64,000 bases of DNA, taken from positions 1-64,000 of the IMG/VR virus record IMGVR_UViG_3300025168_009799. One strand, given 5' to 3'. A model generated the notes under the pieces. That model saw nothing but the letters and a program-made list of their open reading frames with translations, ran no database searches and was not told the origin of the DNA. The DNA is from a virus. Shown here in pieces: positions 54,131 to 64,000 of this stretch; positions within the stretch are counted from its first letter, which is position 1, and each line of letters starts with the position of its first letter. A program made the position numbers and the translations under genes.

Positions 54131-57100
54131 ATGAGTAAAATAGATTTACTAGGAAATGTAGATAATACTGCTGAGTTAGTATCATCTGCTACTAAGAATA
54201 ATTCAACAACCCCTAAAGGACCTAAGATGGACTTATTTGGGGGCGTTAAATCTGCATCTAAAGCAGCTGAGTTAGGAGAGCTTCCTACTTGGGATGCTTC
54301 TGGAGATTTATTTAAACGATATAATAATTTAGATTTAGATAATTACAAAAAATATTTTACAGTTGATGGGCAAGTAGAAATTCCTGCAGTTAATTTAGAC
54401 GCTTTAAATGAAGGACGAGCTCGACATCAAAGTACGTTGGCTCAAATTGGTAATGGTCTAGGTAAAGCAGGGGTTACTTTTGTATCTGCTGTAGGAGAAA
54501 ATACAGTAGGATTAGTTAATGGTACTTTATCAGCTCTGTATAACTGGGATATAAGTAAACTTTATGATAATAATGTAAGTAATGTATTTCAGGGTATGCA
54601 AGACTGGGCTCAAGAATCAATGCCTAATTATAATACTCGAGAAATGGAACATGCTAATTTCTTTGAGCAGATGTATAATCCAGGTAAAGGAGTTGCTAAC
54701 TTTTGGGCAGATAAGTTTGCTAATGGATTTGCCTATACATTAGCTTCTGTAGCTACTATTATAGCTACTGGAGGATATGGGTCTATAGGAGTTGCAGGAA
54801 GTTTAGGTAGAATGGGATTACAAGCAGCAGCTCAAGGAGGTAAAAAATTATTATTTCAAGCCGCTAAAGATGCTACTAAGAAGACTGTTAAAAAAGGTAT
54901 AAGAACTATGTTTAAAGAAGGTATGAAACGTAGTGGATCTAGTATTAATAGTGTTAGGCAGGGAGTACAAAATATAGCTAAAGGTAATGTAAATGCACAA
55001 GCTTTAAAAACTTTAGACGCTGGAATGTCAATGGCTTGGGCAGAATCTTCGATTGAGGCTAGAGATACTTATGACACAGCTTACGGTTCATTAGTTCAGC
55101 AGTATATGGATGAGAATGGATTTGTTGATGAAAGGCAAGTACCAGAACAAATTAAAGAAAAACTTAGCGGAGAAGCTCAGGCAGCTTCGAATGTAAATTT
55201 TGCTGCGAATTTAGCTATTGTAGGTACTACTGATGTTTTAATGTTTGGTAGAATGATTAATGGTTATAAACCTAAAATTAAATTCAATCCTCTTTCTGGG
55301 ACAGGTAAAGCTGCTGTAGATGCTACTCTAATAGAAGGTAGTAAATTATCTAAAATGAGAAGGATATGGAGAAATACTAAAGCTTATTCAGCAGCTGCGG
55401 GTACTGAAATGACCCAAGAGGGTCTGCAATATGTATCTAATAACTTTGTAACAGATTATTATTTAGATAAGAATTCTGATTCTGGACAAGCTGATATGGT
55501 AAATTCATTAGGAAATGCTTTCACTGATTTATTTGGCACTAAAGAGGGTAAGGAATCTATGTTACTTGGATTTTTAACAGGAGGAGTATCTACTATTAAA
55601 GGTACGAGTAAAGCATTGGCAGAGCAAGATGCTAATACTGAAAGTTTAATAAACAGAGTTCATACAGGATTTTTAAGTGAAACAAGAGCAAAATTGGAGA
55701 AGAAAGAAGCTAGTGGTAGATATACATATTTAATGCAGCAAGCAGAACAAGAAGGAGATTTAGAAGCTTTTGAAGAAGCTCATCAGGCTTTAATACAAAA
55801 TGAAGTAATGGCTTCAATTCAAGAAGGTACTCTAGAGGAGTTTAAAGAAAGAGTCGCAGACGCAGCAGAAATGTCAGATGAAGAATTTTCTGAAACGTTT
55901 GGAATTGATTTAGATGCTGTAAAAATAGATAAATCTAGCTATATAACTAAGCTTCTTAAAAAGGCTGAAAGAATAGAAGCTGTATATCAAGAAGCTTCCC
56001 AAGCATTTCAAGTTCAAGAACGTAAAGGTTTATATAGATGGGCAACTGAGAAAATGGCACCTGAAGAGTTAAAGACGATGGAGGTAAGAAATGAGAATAT
56101 GAATATTTTCAGATCTCAGTATTTTAACTCTGTTATGCAAATGGATAATCTTGATGCTAAAGAAAAAGAGAATGCAGATTTATTGTCAGACTTAACTAAT
56201 GGAGAAGTTAACTATACAGGTATGAGAGACCTTATAGAAACTACTGAACAAGAAGAAGCACTTGATGATCGTCAAATGGACCTTAAGAGACGTATAAACG
56301 AAAATTTAGATGATACTGGACAACCTAAAGATCCAGCATTACATGGACAGCTTGTAATGGAATCAGAGCAGTTAAACATACAACGTGCAAACTTACTAGA
56401 TAAATTGTCTGAGCAGCATGAAAAAACATTAAAAGGAGAATTTGATAAACAATTCTCAGCGTGGTCAACTAAAGTTCAAAAACAAAAAGGTAGAGTAGAT
56501 CTTATCGACAAAGCTTCTAAAGCTAAGATAGAACTTGATTATGCTAGGGGCCTTAGAAACCAAGCTGTTCAAGCATTTAATGCGTTAAAAACAGAAGATG
56601 GAAGAACGGCACTACTTGAAGATATAGGTAGAATAGAAAAGCTTAGAAGAAACGATAGGCATAGTGGTGTTCTTATGAGAGAGGCACAAGAGATGGGTAT
56701 GTCAGAATATACTTATGCAAAGCTTTATGCAATGTCTCAAATGCCAGGGTTAAACGACAAAGCACGTAAAGCTATACGTAAGAAACAAGCTGATTTAATG
56801 AAGATGGAAAAGAGATATAGAACTATGTTCCGTAATATGTCTGATGAACAATTAGCAGAAGCATTAATAAAATATAATAATAATTTTATTGTAGGGCTTG
56901 TAGGGGAGGAGCTTCTGACCAGATCTGAACAAAAAAGAGTGGATCTAGATGAGGAACGTCAACGTATAGAAGAAGAGCAAGAGAAACAAAAAGAACAGGA
57001 TGAGAAAGTTAAAAGGGACGAAGAGGAAAGGCAAAATGATATATTAGATAAAGAGAAACAGTTAAGGGATAAGCCTGAAACTGAAGAGAATATAGATGAT

Positions 57101-59533
57101 ATACAAGTTATAAACCACACTGACTCTAAGTTAATAAAGATTGACCAGAAGATAGCAGAATTAGAAAGGGAAATTGCAGCTCAAAAACTAATTGTAACTC
57201 CTGAAGTTGATAGAATAACAGCTTTAGATAAAACTCTAGATGAGTCAGGTAGGGCTTTTGTAGATCTCATGAGAGAGAAAGGCAAGGATCAGGGTATGAT
57301 TGACGCTAAGATAAAAACTGAAGCTAGAAAAACTGCAGCAGGGAATCAATTACTAACAAAATATAAAGCTGAAGATACATTACAAAATCCAGAAGGAAAG
57401 AAATTAGCTAAACTAGTTGCTGCATATAGTTTATTATACACAGATAGATATATACCAGAAACTACAGTTAATAATACTTTATATTCATCTCCTGATTTAA
57501 GAACTCAAAATTTAGGCAATACTGCTTCAAATTACGGAGTTCAACAAGCTCTCCTTGGTTATGAGGCGTGGGCGGAAAGAGGTGAGACTCTCTCTAATCT
57601 TAAAGGGCAAAGAATAGGAATCATAGCTCAAAACAAAAGTAAGACAGAGGCTGTACCTAAGAATCCTAGTAATGAAACAGGTAGGAAACAAGGACAAGTT
57701 ATTAGTAGAAATGGACAATATATAAACGAAGATCCTCAAGATAGGTCTCCAAAGTTTGATGAAAATTTTAATCCAACTAACCATAGATCTAGTGTTACTG
57801 TTAACGGGCAAGAGATTAAAATACATAGAGAGCTGTTAACTGATCCTGATCTAGCTTCAATGGATACAGAGGTTACGTTAAGAGTGTTACCTACAGATGA
57901 GTGGGTTAAATTAGCAGCTGATCCTGGAGCTCCAGAAAAAAAATACCCAGACTATTCAACTATTCCAGTAGGAATATTTTTGGAGATAGAGAATTATGAC
58001 GTTCTTGTAGGAACTTTAGGATATCATCAAGGTAATGCAGAATTTACTGTTGAAAGACAACGTATCTATAATAATTGGAAGAAGGGAAAAGATACTAGAG
58101 CTGTTATTAAAAGATATGAAACTGATAATATAGGAATTGATTCTGCTCCAGGATACAGCAGTAGTAAACTTACTAGTAATGGAGATATTCAAAATTATAG
58201 AGATAAGGACGGACTAGGAGTACAGAAATCTGTTTCAGAGATTTTTGCGTTATCGGAACAAGGCTATGGGCAGCCCGTTATTGCGGTAGTTGCAGGTAGT
58301 CAATTTTCTCCGGAAGGTCTTAATATTACTCTTGGATTAAATGCTCCTGAATTAGACTTAGATAATATACCTGTTCCAAAGTCTCAGATAGCAGGGTCAG
58401 TAGGTATGATTGTTCAGGACCCAAATGGTTATGATTTGTTCATACCTTTACAAACTAGATTCTTAGGAGAGAACGCTATTAATACAATAATAACGAATGC
58501 TGTAGCTAATAACGTAAAAGATATTGAACAGACTACTTATGCTGATTATTCGTTACAGGATTTAGAAGATTGGGGATATAGAGGAAGTAGTGTACCTGTA
58601 GATTCTAGCTCAGGGTTAGCAAATAATTTTTATAAAATTTTAGCTAAAAAAGATTCAGAGGATAACTTCTTAGACAGTACACATCTTTTTTACACTCCTT
58701 ATAAAGATAGTATGGTTCTAGTAGGAGCATCTAACAAGGCTCTTAAAAATCAAGGACCAGTTAAAATGTATGAAATAACTGAACAGGGTCTGAAAGTTGT
58801 ACCGCAAGATAAACAACCGTCTGGATTACCAGATGCTGAGACAGCGATGAGAGACATGCTATCTAGAAAAAGATATCAAGTAGATGCTAGTAAATTTAAT
58901 AATACTAATCTTCAATATAAAAGTCCTGTAACTGGTATAACGCACCGTAATTACCAAGAATATTTGATGTCTGAGCAAGAGGCTAAGACTGAAGGAGGGG
59001 AGGTTCAAGAAAGACGTAATGGTGCTCCAGGAAGTAGCTCTGCTATTATCGCTTCAGATGTATATGTAAGAAGAATGGAGAGACCTCTCGCGGGCCCTCA
59101 TCGTAGTATACATGCGAATGTAAATATTGCTATGAGAATTCCTGAGTTAGATAATTTTAAAGGTCAGGAGTCTAACACAGATTTAGCTGATCCTATTACT
59201 CATAGCGAGGTAATTATAGAGCAACAAGAAAAATTATTAGAACAACAGGTTGCAGATATGTTAAATATTCCTAACTTTGACCCCTCTCAAATAGACTTCA
59301 CTGGCGGAGTGATCCCAGGTGCTAGTGATTTAAATAAAATTGAGGAAGATATAGTTAATAAAGAGGCTAAAAGATTTAAGAATGAACAAGAAAATAAGGA
59401 GGTAGATCCTATAAAAACTAATGAAACAAAGTCTGAAACTTCCACAGAGGAATTATTAGATAATAGTGACGAGGATATTCCTGATACAGATGCAGAAGAT
59501 GATGGTATTGTTGGTAACGAAAAAGAATGTTAA
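54131..59533 (+). CDS. Large cargo protein (membrane-channel-like N-terminus, coiled coils)
   Basis: 1800 aa; Gly/Ala-rich hydrophobic helices, AESSIEA, TEMTQEGLQ; the only Cys is the last residue. Confidence 0.75.
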   Translation: MSKIDLLGNVDNTAELVSSATKNNSTTPKGPKMDLFGGVKSASKAAELGELPTWDASGDLFKRYNNLDLDNYKKYFTVDGQVEIPAVNLDALNEGRARHQSTLAQIGNGLGKAGVTFVSAVGENTVGLVNGTLSALYNWDISKLYDNNVSNVFQGMQDWAQESMPNYNTREMEHANFFEQMYNPGKGVANFWADKFANGFAYTLASVATIIATGGYGSIGVAGSLGRMGLQAAAQGGKKLLFQAAKDATKKTVKKGIRTMFKEGMKRSGSSINSVRQGVQNIAKGNVNAQALKTLDAGMSMAWAESSIEARDTYDTAYGSLVQQYMDENGFVDERQVPEQIKEKLSGEAQAASNVNFAANLAIVGTTDVLMFGRMINGYKPKIKFNPLSGTGKAAVDATLIEGSKLSKMRRIWRNTKAYSAAAGTEMTQEGLQYVSNNFVTDYYLDKNSDSGQADMVNSLGNAFTDLFGTKEGKESMLLGFLTGGVSTIKGTSKALAEQDANTESLINRVHTGFLSETRAKLEKKEASGRYTYLMQQAEQEGDLEAFEEAHQALIQNEVMASIQEGTLEEFKERVADAAEMSDEEFSETFGIDLDAVKIDKSSYITKLLKKAERIEAVYQEASQAFQVQERKGLYRWATEKMAPEELKTMEVRNENMNIFRSQYFNSVMQMDNLDAKEKENADLLSDLTNGEVNYTGMRDLIETTEQEEALDDRQMDLKRRINENLDDTGQPKDPALHGQLVMESEQLNIQRANLLDKLSEQHEKTLKGEFDKQFSAWSTKVQKQKGRVDLIDKASKAKIELDYARGLRNQAVQAFNALKTEDGRTALLEDIGRIEKLRRNDRHSGVLMREAQEMGMSEYTYAKLYAMSQMPGLNDKARKAIRKKQADLMKMEKRYRTMFRNMSDEQLAEALIKYNNNFIVGLVGEELLTRSEQKRVDLDEERQRIEEEQEKQKEQDEKVKRDEEERQNDILDKEKQLRDKPETEENIDDIQVINHTDSKLIKIDQKIAELEREIAAQKLIVTPEVDRITALDKTLDESGRAFVDLMREKGKDQGMIDAKIKTEARKTAAGNQLLTKYKAEDTLQNPEGKKLAKLVAAYSLLYTDRYIPETTVNNTLYSSPDLRTQNLGNTASNYGVQQALLGYEAWAERGETLSNLKGQRIGIIAQNKSKTEAVPKNPSNETGRKQGQVISRNGQYINEDPQDRSPKFDENFNPTNHRSSVTVNGQEIKIHRELLTDPDLASMDTEVTLRVLPTDEWVKLAADPGAPEKKYPDYSTIPVGIFLEIENYDVLVGTLGYHQGNAEFTVERQRIYNNWKKGKDTRAVIKRYETDNIGIDSAPGYSSSKLTSNGDIQNYRDKDGLGVQKSVSEIFALSEQGYGQPVIAVVAGSQFSPEGLNITLGLNAPELDLDNIPVPKSQIAGSVGMIVQDPNGYDLFIPLQTRFLGENAINTIITNAVANNVKDIEQTTYADYSLQDLEDWGYRGSSVPVDSSSGLANNFYKILAKKDSEDNFLDSTHLFYTPYKDSMVLVGASNKALKNQGPVKMYEITEQGLKVVPQDKQPSGLPDAETAMRDMLSRKRYQVDASKFNNTNLQYKSPVTGITHRNYQEYLMSEQEAKTEGGEVQERRNGAPGSSSAIIASDVYVRRMERPLAGPHRSIHANVNIAMRIPELDNFKGQESNTDLADPITHSEVIIEQQEKLLEQQVADMLNIPNFDPSQIDFTGGVIPGASDLNKIEEDIVNKEAKRFKNEQENKEVDPIKTNETKSETSTEELLDNSDEDIPDTDAEDDGIVGNEKEC

Positions 59534-62500
59534 ATGGCGAATTGTATAAATAGTATAGATAGTTTAGTTGAAAGAAGGGTACAAATGTTATCCTATATTC
59601 AAAACAGATTTGGTAAAGATGTTTCTGTTACTATCAATAATTATGTTAAAAGGGTGGGTAATGAGAATGTACATGGTATGTTTAAAAACATGGCATTTAC
59701 TTTATCTACTTTAGGTGAACCAGGTGTAGAGTATCATGAAGCTTTTCATGGATTCTTTACTATGTATTTAACAGATGGACAGCGCGCGTCTTTATTAAAA
59801 CAGGCAGCACAAAGATATGGAGAGCCTAGCCAAGTAGAGCTAGACGCTGTAAATGGAGTAAGAGAATTAGCTCTAGAAGAAAAAATGTCAAATGCATTTC
59901 AAGAGTATTCATTAACTGAAGACCCTAAAGGTATACCTGCTAAGATAGCTAAGTTTTTTAAAGACTTATGGAATTTAATTAAGAGTATGATTTCTGATTC
60001 TATAGGAATTAATCAAGCATTTTCTATATTAGAATCAAATAATATTCCTATGAAGTTCAAACGGAATATGCACATGTTTAGAGGAGGGAAGCCTGCTATG
60101 TACTTAAAGAAACGTGTGGATTATACAACACAAGAAACTAAGGATACAACTTTATTTATTAGATCTAGATTTATGAATTTCTGGAGGTCATACCAACAAC
60201 AGGCTAAGCAGGATCCATTTAAGGTAGCTATTAATAGACAAATGGATAAAGTTAGAACAGCATTTCCTGCTATGACTAGATCAGAATCTTTAGTTAAAGT
60301 TTTAACGTCTCATACTAAGAATACGTTTTTAAGAAACGCTTGGTCATATACTGAGAAAGCTGAAGGAAAAGATGCTGGAACTAAAATTGATTTAAAGCAA
60401 GCAAGAGAATTACACGGACTAAGAAGAGAAGGAAAGACGGATGAGTATATGAATAAACTTTCAGAATATGGAATTCAAGAGCGTGCAGCATTTGGGTGGT
60501 CTCCTAACCCAGGTAATAGAGTTAGAATGGATAAGACTACTACTAATTTTCAACACTTTATTGATATATATGAAAATTGGGGAGATACTATTCAGACCGC
60601 TGAAATTACAGATGATAACGGAAAGAAGAAAGAAGTTAAGATTAATACTATAGACCAAGGATGGTGGACTGGGGTAGAAGAACTCTTACCAGATGTAGGA
60701 TTAAAGATTAGACATAGAGAAGTAACTGAGGGATTAGAAGAACTACCATTGGACCCAACTGAGACAGACTCTCCTAGTCCTGAAGGAGGAGAAAGGATTT
60801 ATGAATTAAGCCATTATGAACAAGATAGTTGGAAAGGTATGTCAAAAGAGTTACGTATGTACTTTGAAGATATATTAGATTACTCATCAGAGATTCCAAA
60901 CCATTTACAAGTACATAGACCTCATGGAGGTAAACATGTATATGAAGTATTAAAATTAGCTTTATCAAATACTACAAGTTTTACACAAATGAAAGACGTG
61001 CTAAAAGAGAAAGCTACATTACATGGTCCTAATAGTATTTATGGTATAATGTTTTCTCGTGTTACTGGCATAGGATTAGAAGGACGAGTAGAGAATATTA
61101 CTATGCAGCTTCCTGCTACATTAGTATCAGATTTTCATGGATTATTTAGAAATACTACTAAAGAATTTAAATCGGTAAAGGTAAATAGAAGTAAGCGTAA
61201 AGACGCGCAAGGCATGTTGCCTGCACCTGAAGTAGTAGTTTATAACCCAGATCAGAATTCAATTATTAATAATTTAGTTAATAATCAATATAGAAAAAAT
61301 ATTATTGATGTAACTGGAGTTAAAACTGAAAGAGCTTTATACAATAAGGCTGTTACTGTAGAGCCTGGAACCAAAGATCAGAGTATAGAATATATACCTA
61401 TTAGAGAGAATCTACAAGACTTTCAAGCCCACGTTAAAGATTTAAATTCTTTAACTTCAATGCGAGGAGAGCTTAATGAGTCCGAGCTGGTTGAGGCTAC
61501 AAGAGCCTTTAGAAAAATAGTAACTTATTTAGGAGTTGATTTACCAGGTATATCTCCACAAGACCAAGATACTGTTCTTTACGATATAGTAAATCAAGGG
61601 GTATCTATACCAAATAGATTTGGTAAGTATACTACATATCAAGGCAAAAACTTTTTTAGATATTTTTTAAAAGGAAGCAAGACAAAATCAAAATCTAATT
61701 TATTAACTGTAAGTGCGCAGATTATAGATCAAAAAGGCGAACCTAAGAAGCCTACGTTTGAGCCATTTTCTAAAGGAGCCTCAAGAGGACTCTTAATGAA
61801 TTTAGCAGCTTTTCAAAAAGCTTTAGGTATAAATGGAGAACCTAATTATGTTAATGAGTTTGGTAAATCTATTTATAAAATTAACATGCCTACTGCTTTT
61901 GATAATACTGTGAATAGAATTAAGAGTGGTAAAATATTTGATGCAGACCCTAACAATATAGAATATGGTAATTTAGACAAAGATCCTTTGTTCGTACCAG
62001 TGCAAAAACCGGTTGACGGTACAAGCTCTTGGGCTAATTATGTAAGCCCTTTATATATGTCTATGATTAATAACACTGACGGTTTAAGAGAGAAGTTAAG
62101 TCTAGAAAATATTAGTGCTTTTACTTTAGATTCAAATAGAGGATATAGTGATTTTGGCCAGATGAGTGAGAGCGATGAATATTTATTACGTTTATTTCTA
62201 TTTCAAAAAGGTACTCATTCGGATAACTTAACTAATATGATGATCGATACTCAAGGGGATAGAGGAGTATCTAGTACTATGGGATTACCTAGAGTAATAT
62301 TAGAAGGGGAAGGGACTAGAAGCCTTGATAATTCTATGTACGGCTCTAATGGATTTAAAACTCTAACAGATTTTAGTAATGCTTATATTATTCAGGATAT
62401 CGTTAAGATGCAACAAGCTGACTCGCATGTAGAACTTGCGGAAGATGGCGAATCTTTATTTGATACTTATCATTATACTAACCCTAGTGATAAAAAAGCT

Positions 62501-64000
62501 AAAGATGGTAAAGCATTTAAATTTACGCAATTGCCTTTTGCACAAGACATGCTAGAGCGTGGGGACTTAGACTTATCTCCAGGTATAAACTTAACACAAA
62601 TTAATGTAGAAGATTTTGTTAACGGTGAACAGAGTATTAGAACTAATAACTATATAGAAACTGAACAAGAAACTGTTAGCAGAGATAAAGTTATAGCATT
62701 GCTAGATAAAATATCAATGGAGTTTGGAAAAAACATAGATAGGTATACAGATCAATGGGTGTCTGATATGAAAAAGATGAAAGTCTGGGATAATAATATA
62801 TGGGTAGATACTGATTTTCTAAAAAAGATACACGGAGGAAATGCAGCGATCAATGACATAACAAAGAAATATCTAATTAAAAATTATATCGTTAATGATG
62901 TAATTAATAGATTAGAAATGAAAAAGATATTACGTATTACAGATGATTTCACAAACAATACGGAGATAGCAGCTAAGAGATTTGGACTTGGATCTACTCC
63001 AGGACTACAATTATTAATGAAAGGTCAAAATTTAGCGGACCCTTCTTGGGGAATGACTCCTACATTTAGTGAATTAATAATTGAAGATTTATATAATATA
63101 CAAGCAGATAGTGGAAGACATGAAAGGTTTGCAGAATCTCTTAATACGTTAGGGGTACCTTTAAAGTTAATTAATCAATTTGCTTCTCAATATAGACCAG
63201 GACAATCTAATAAGACAGACGCTTCTGGATGGATGTCAGTACATGCTTGGCGTAACAGATTACAAGGCCAACCTAATGGATGGACTAATGCACATGAGAA
63301 AGCATATAACAATTATAAGCAGTCTGGCGTATGGGGATTTTATAAAAATATTTATAATTTTAAAGAAGGTAAAACAGAACAAATTCTAGTACGTCCTCCT
63401 GTATTACCTATTAAAGAGTATTATGAATCACATGAATTGTATCAAGGTAATACTTTAGCAGTTAATAATACTAAGAACTCTTATTTACCTTTATTAAAAG
63501 AGACAACAGACATAGCTGGTCAAGGCCTAGAGCTTATTAGATTAAGATTAGAAGGGAAGGAATTAAACGCTGCGGATAAAGCGGCAGGGAAAACTCAATT
63601 TGCTACACATACTCCTATAGATGTAGCTAATACAGTAAGCGCTAAAAAACTTGCTAGACTTAACGTTATAAAATTTCAAAATAATGATGGTACTTTTAAT
63701 ATATCAGGATTAGTTACTGCTAAACCTGTTGTTTTAAATTCTAATGGAATAAAGATTCCACAAATTAAACCTTCTACAGCAACTAAGAAATTTACTATTT
63801 GGGGCACACAAGTGAAGAGAAATGCAATTGCTAATGTACAAGATGATACTCAATATACTCTTCCTCAAGGTAATAAATTATCTGGAAGTATGGTAAAATC
63901 TTTATATCATAAAGCTGCTCAAGCGAATATGGATACTAGTATTGAGAAGTTAGAGAAAGCTTTTGGATTTTCAAGATTGAAAGGTTTAAAACTTGGAGAC
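59534..64000 (+). CDS. Virion RNA polymerase polyprotein with N-terminal zincin domain (partial, at least 1489 aa; not in ORF track)
   Basis: Manual translation is open from ATG 59534 to the window end; HEAFH (59735-59749) plus LEEKMSNAF; crAss RNAP-like motifs KRFGLGSTPG (~62975), NKTDASGW (~63210), LPIKEYY, KNSYLPL, SAKK, GTQVKR. The catalytic DxDxD motif is not visible and is presumably beyond the window. Confidence 0.85.
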   Translation, partial: MANCINSIDSLVERRVQMLSYIQNRFGKDVSVTINNYVKRVGNENVHGMFKNMAFTLSTLGEPGVEYHEAFHGFFTMYLTDGQRASLLKQAAQRYGEPSQVELDAVNGVRELALEEKMSNAFQEYSLTEDPKGIPAKIAKFFKDLWNLIKSMISDSIGINQAFSILESNNIPMKFKRNMHMFRGGKPAMYLKKRVDYTTQETKDTTLFIRSRFMNFWRSYQQQAKQDPFKVAINRQMDKVRTAFPAMTRSESLVKVLTSHTKNTFLRNAWSYTEKAEGKDAGTKIDLKQARELHGLRREGKTDEYMNKLSEYGIQERAAFGWSPNPGNRVRMDKTTTNFQHFIDIYENWGDTIQTAEITDDNGKKKEVKINTIDQGWWTGVEELLPDVGLKIRHREVTEGLEELPLDPTETDSPSPEGGERIYELSHYEQDSWKGMSKELRMYFEDILDYSSEIPNHLQVHRPHGGKHVYEVLKLALSNTTSFTQMKDVLKEKATLHGPNSIYGIMFSRVTGIGLEGRVENITMQLPATLVSDFHGLFRNTTKEFKSVKVNRSKRKDAQGMLPAPEVVVYNPDQNSIINNLVNNQYRKNIIDVTGVKTERALYNKAVTVEPGTKDQSIEYIPIRENLQDFQAHVKDLNSLTSMRGELNESELVEATRAFRKIVTYLGVDLPGISPQDQDTVLYDIVNQGVSIPNRFGKYTTYQGKNFFRYFLKGSKTKSKSNLLTVSAQIIDQKGEPKKPTFEPFSKGASRGLLMNLAAFQKALGINGEPNYVNEFGKSIYKINMPTAFDNTVNRIKSGKIFDADPNNIEYGNLDKDPLFVPVQKPVDGTSSWANYVSPLYMSMINNTDGLREKLSLENISAFTLDSNRGYSDFGQMSESDEYLLRLFLFQKGTHSDNLTNMMIDTQGDRGVSSTMGLPRVILEGEGTRSLDNSMYGSNGFKTLTDFSNAYIIQDIVKMQQADSHVELAEDGESLFDTYHYTNPSDKKAKDGKAFKFTQLPFAQDMLERGDLDLSPGINLTQINVEDFVNGEQSIRTNNYIETEQETVSRDKVIALLDKISMEFGKNIDRYTDQWVSDMKKMKVWDNNIWVDTDFLKKIHGGNAAINDITKKYLIKNYIVNDVINRLEMKKILRITDDFTNNTEIAAKRFGLGSTPGLQLLMKGQNLADPSWGMTPTFSELIIEDLYNIQADSGRHERFAESLNTLGVPLKLINQFASQYRPGQSNKTDASGWMSVHAWRNRLQGQPNGWTNAHEKAYNNYKQSGVWGFYKNIYNFKEGKTEQILVRPPVLPIKEYYESHELYQGNTLAVNNTKNSYLPLLKETTDIAGQGLELIRLRLEGKELNAADKAAGKTQFATHTPIDVANTVSAKKLARLNVIKFQNNDGTFNISGLVTAKPVVLNSNGIKIPQIKPSTATKKFTIWGTQVKRNAIANVQDDTQYTLPQGNKLSGSMVKSLYHKAAQANMDTSIEKLEKAFGFSRLKGLKLGD

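Noticed and set aside
1933-63389. Short antisense or alternate-frame ORFs in the track (e.g. 1933-2205, 6253-6531, 25658-26083, 45693-46034, 57527-57826, 60461-60968, 63180-63389)
   Set aside because: They are nested in or overlap well-supported genes and lack motifs; those beyond 59534 lie inside the RNAP ORF that the track missed
1-64000. Stop-codon reassignment (TAG or TGA), as in some crAss-like phages
   Set aside because: Long ORFs are intact under the standard code; TAG ends polA, the capsid gene and 20327-21259 (the latter two followed by terminators), and TGA occurs in ATGA overlaps

Overview
AT-rich (about 30% GC by eye), gene-dense segment of a crAss-like (Crassvirales-type) phage genome. 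The host is probably Bacteroidota/Flavobacteriia, judging from TAnnTTTG promoters, SprB repeats and a T9SS-like sorting tail. Minus strand, 1-5.6 kb: early/replication genes (start of a probable SF2 helicase, family A DNA polymerase, small hypotheticals) separated by structured intergenic elements. The strand switches at about 5.6-5.7 kb and is followed by a non-coding, multi-stem region of about 250 nt between two host-type promoters. Plus strand, 6.0-64 kb: GroES, HU/IHF, terminase, portal, two inserted cargo-like genes, scaffold, major capsid protein and neighbours, a Cys-rich fibre/adhesin block, a cell-envelope/lysis cassette, tail ring and muzzle genes, and large ejected 'cargo' proteins. 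The last ORF (59534 to the window end, missing from the supplied ORF track) is a zincin plus virion RNA polymerase. Most notable observations: (1) the structured ncRNA candidate at 5701-5947; (2) about 5,500 aa of cargo proteins containing only two cysteines, placed head-to-tail across an in-frame TAA-ATG junction; (3) a recurrent Phi-x-x-G-G motif in cargo proteins; (4) long-range 5'/3' UTR complementarity bracketing two gene blocks of about 2.7 kb; (5) a phage-borne beta-barrel / thioredoxin-fold / T9SS-cargo cassette. All family assignments come from motif recognition and gene order by eye; no database searches were run.
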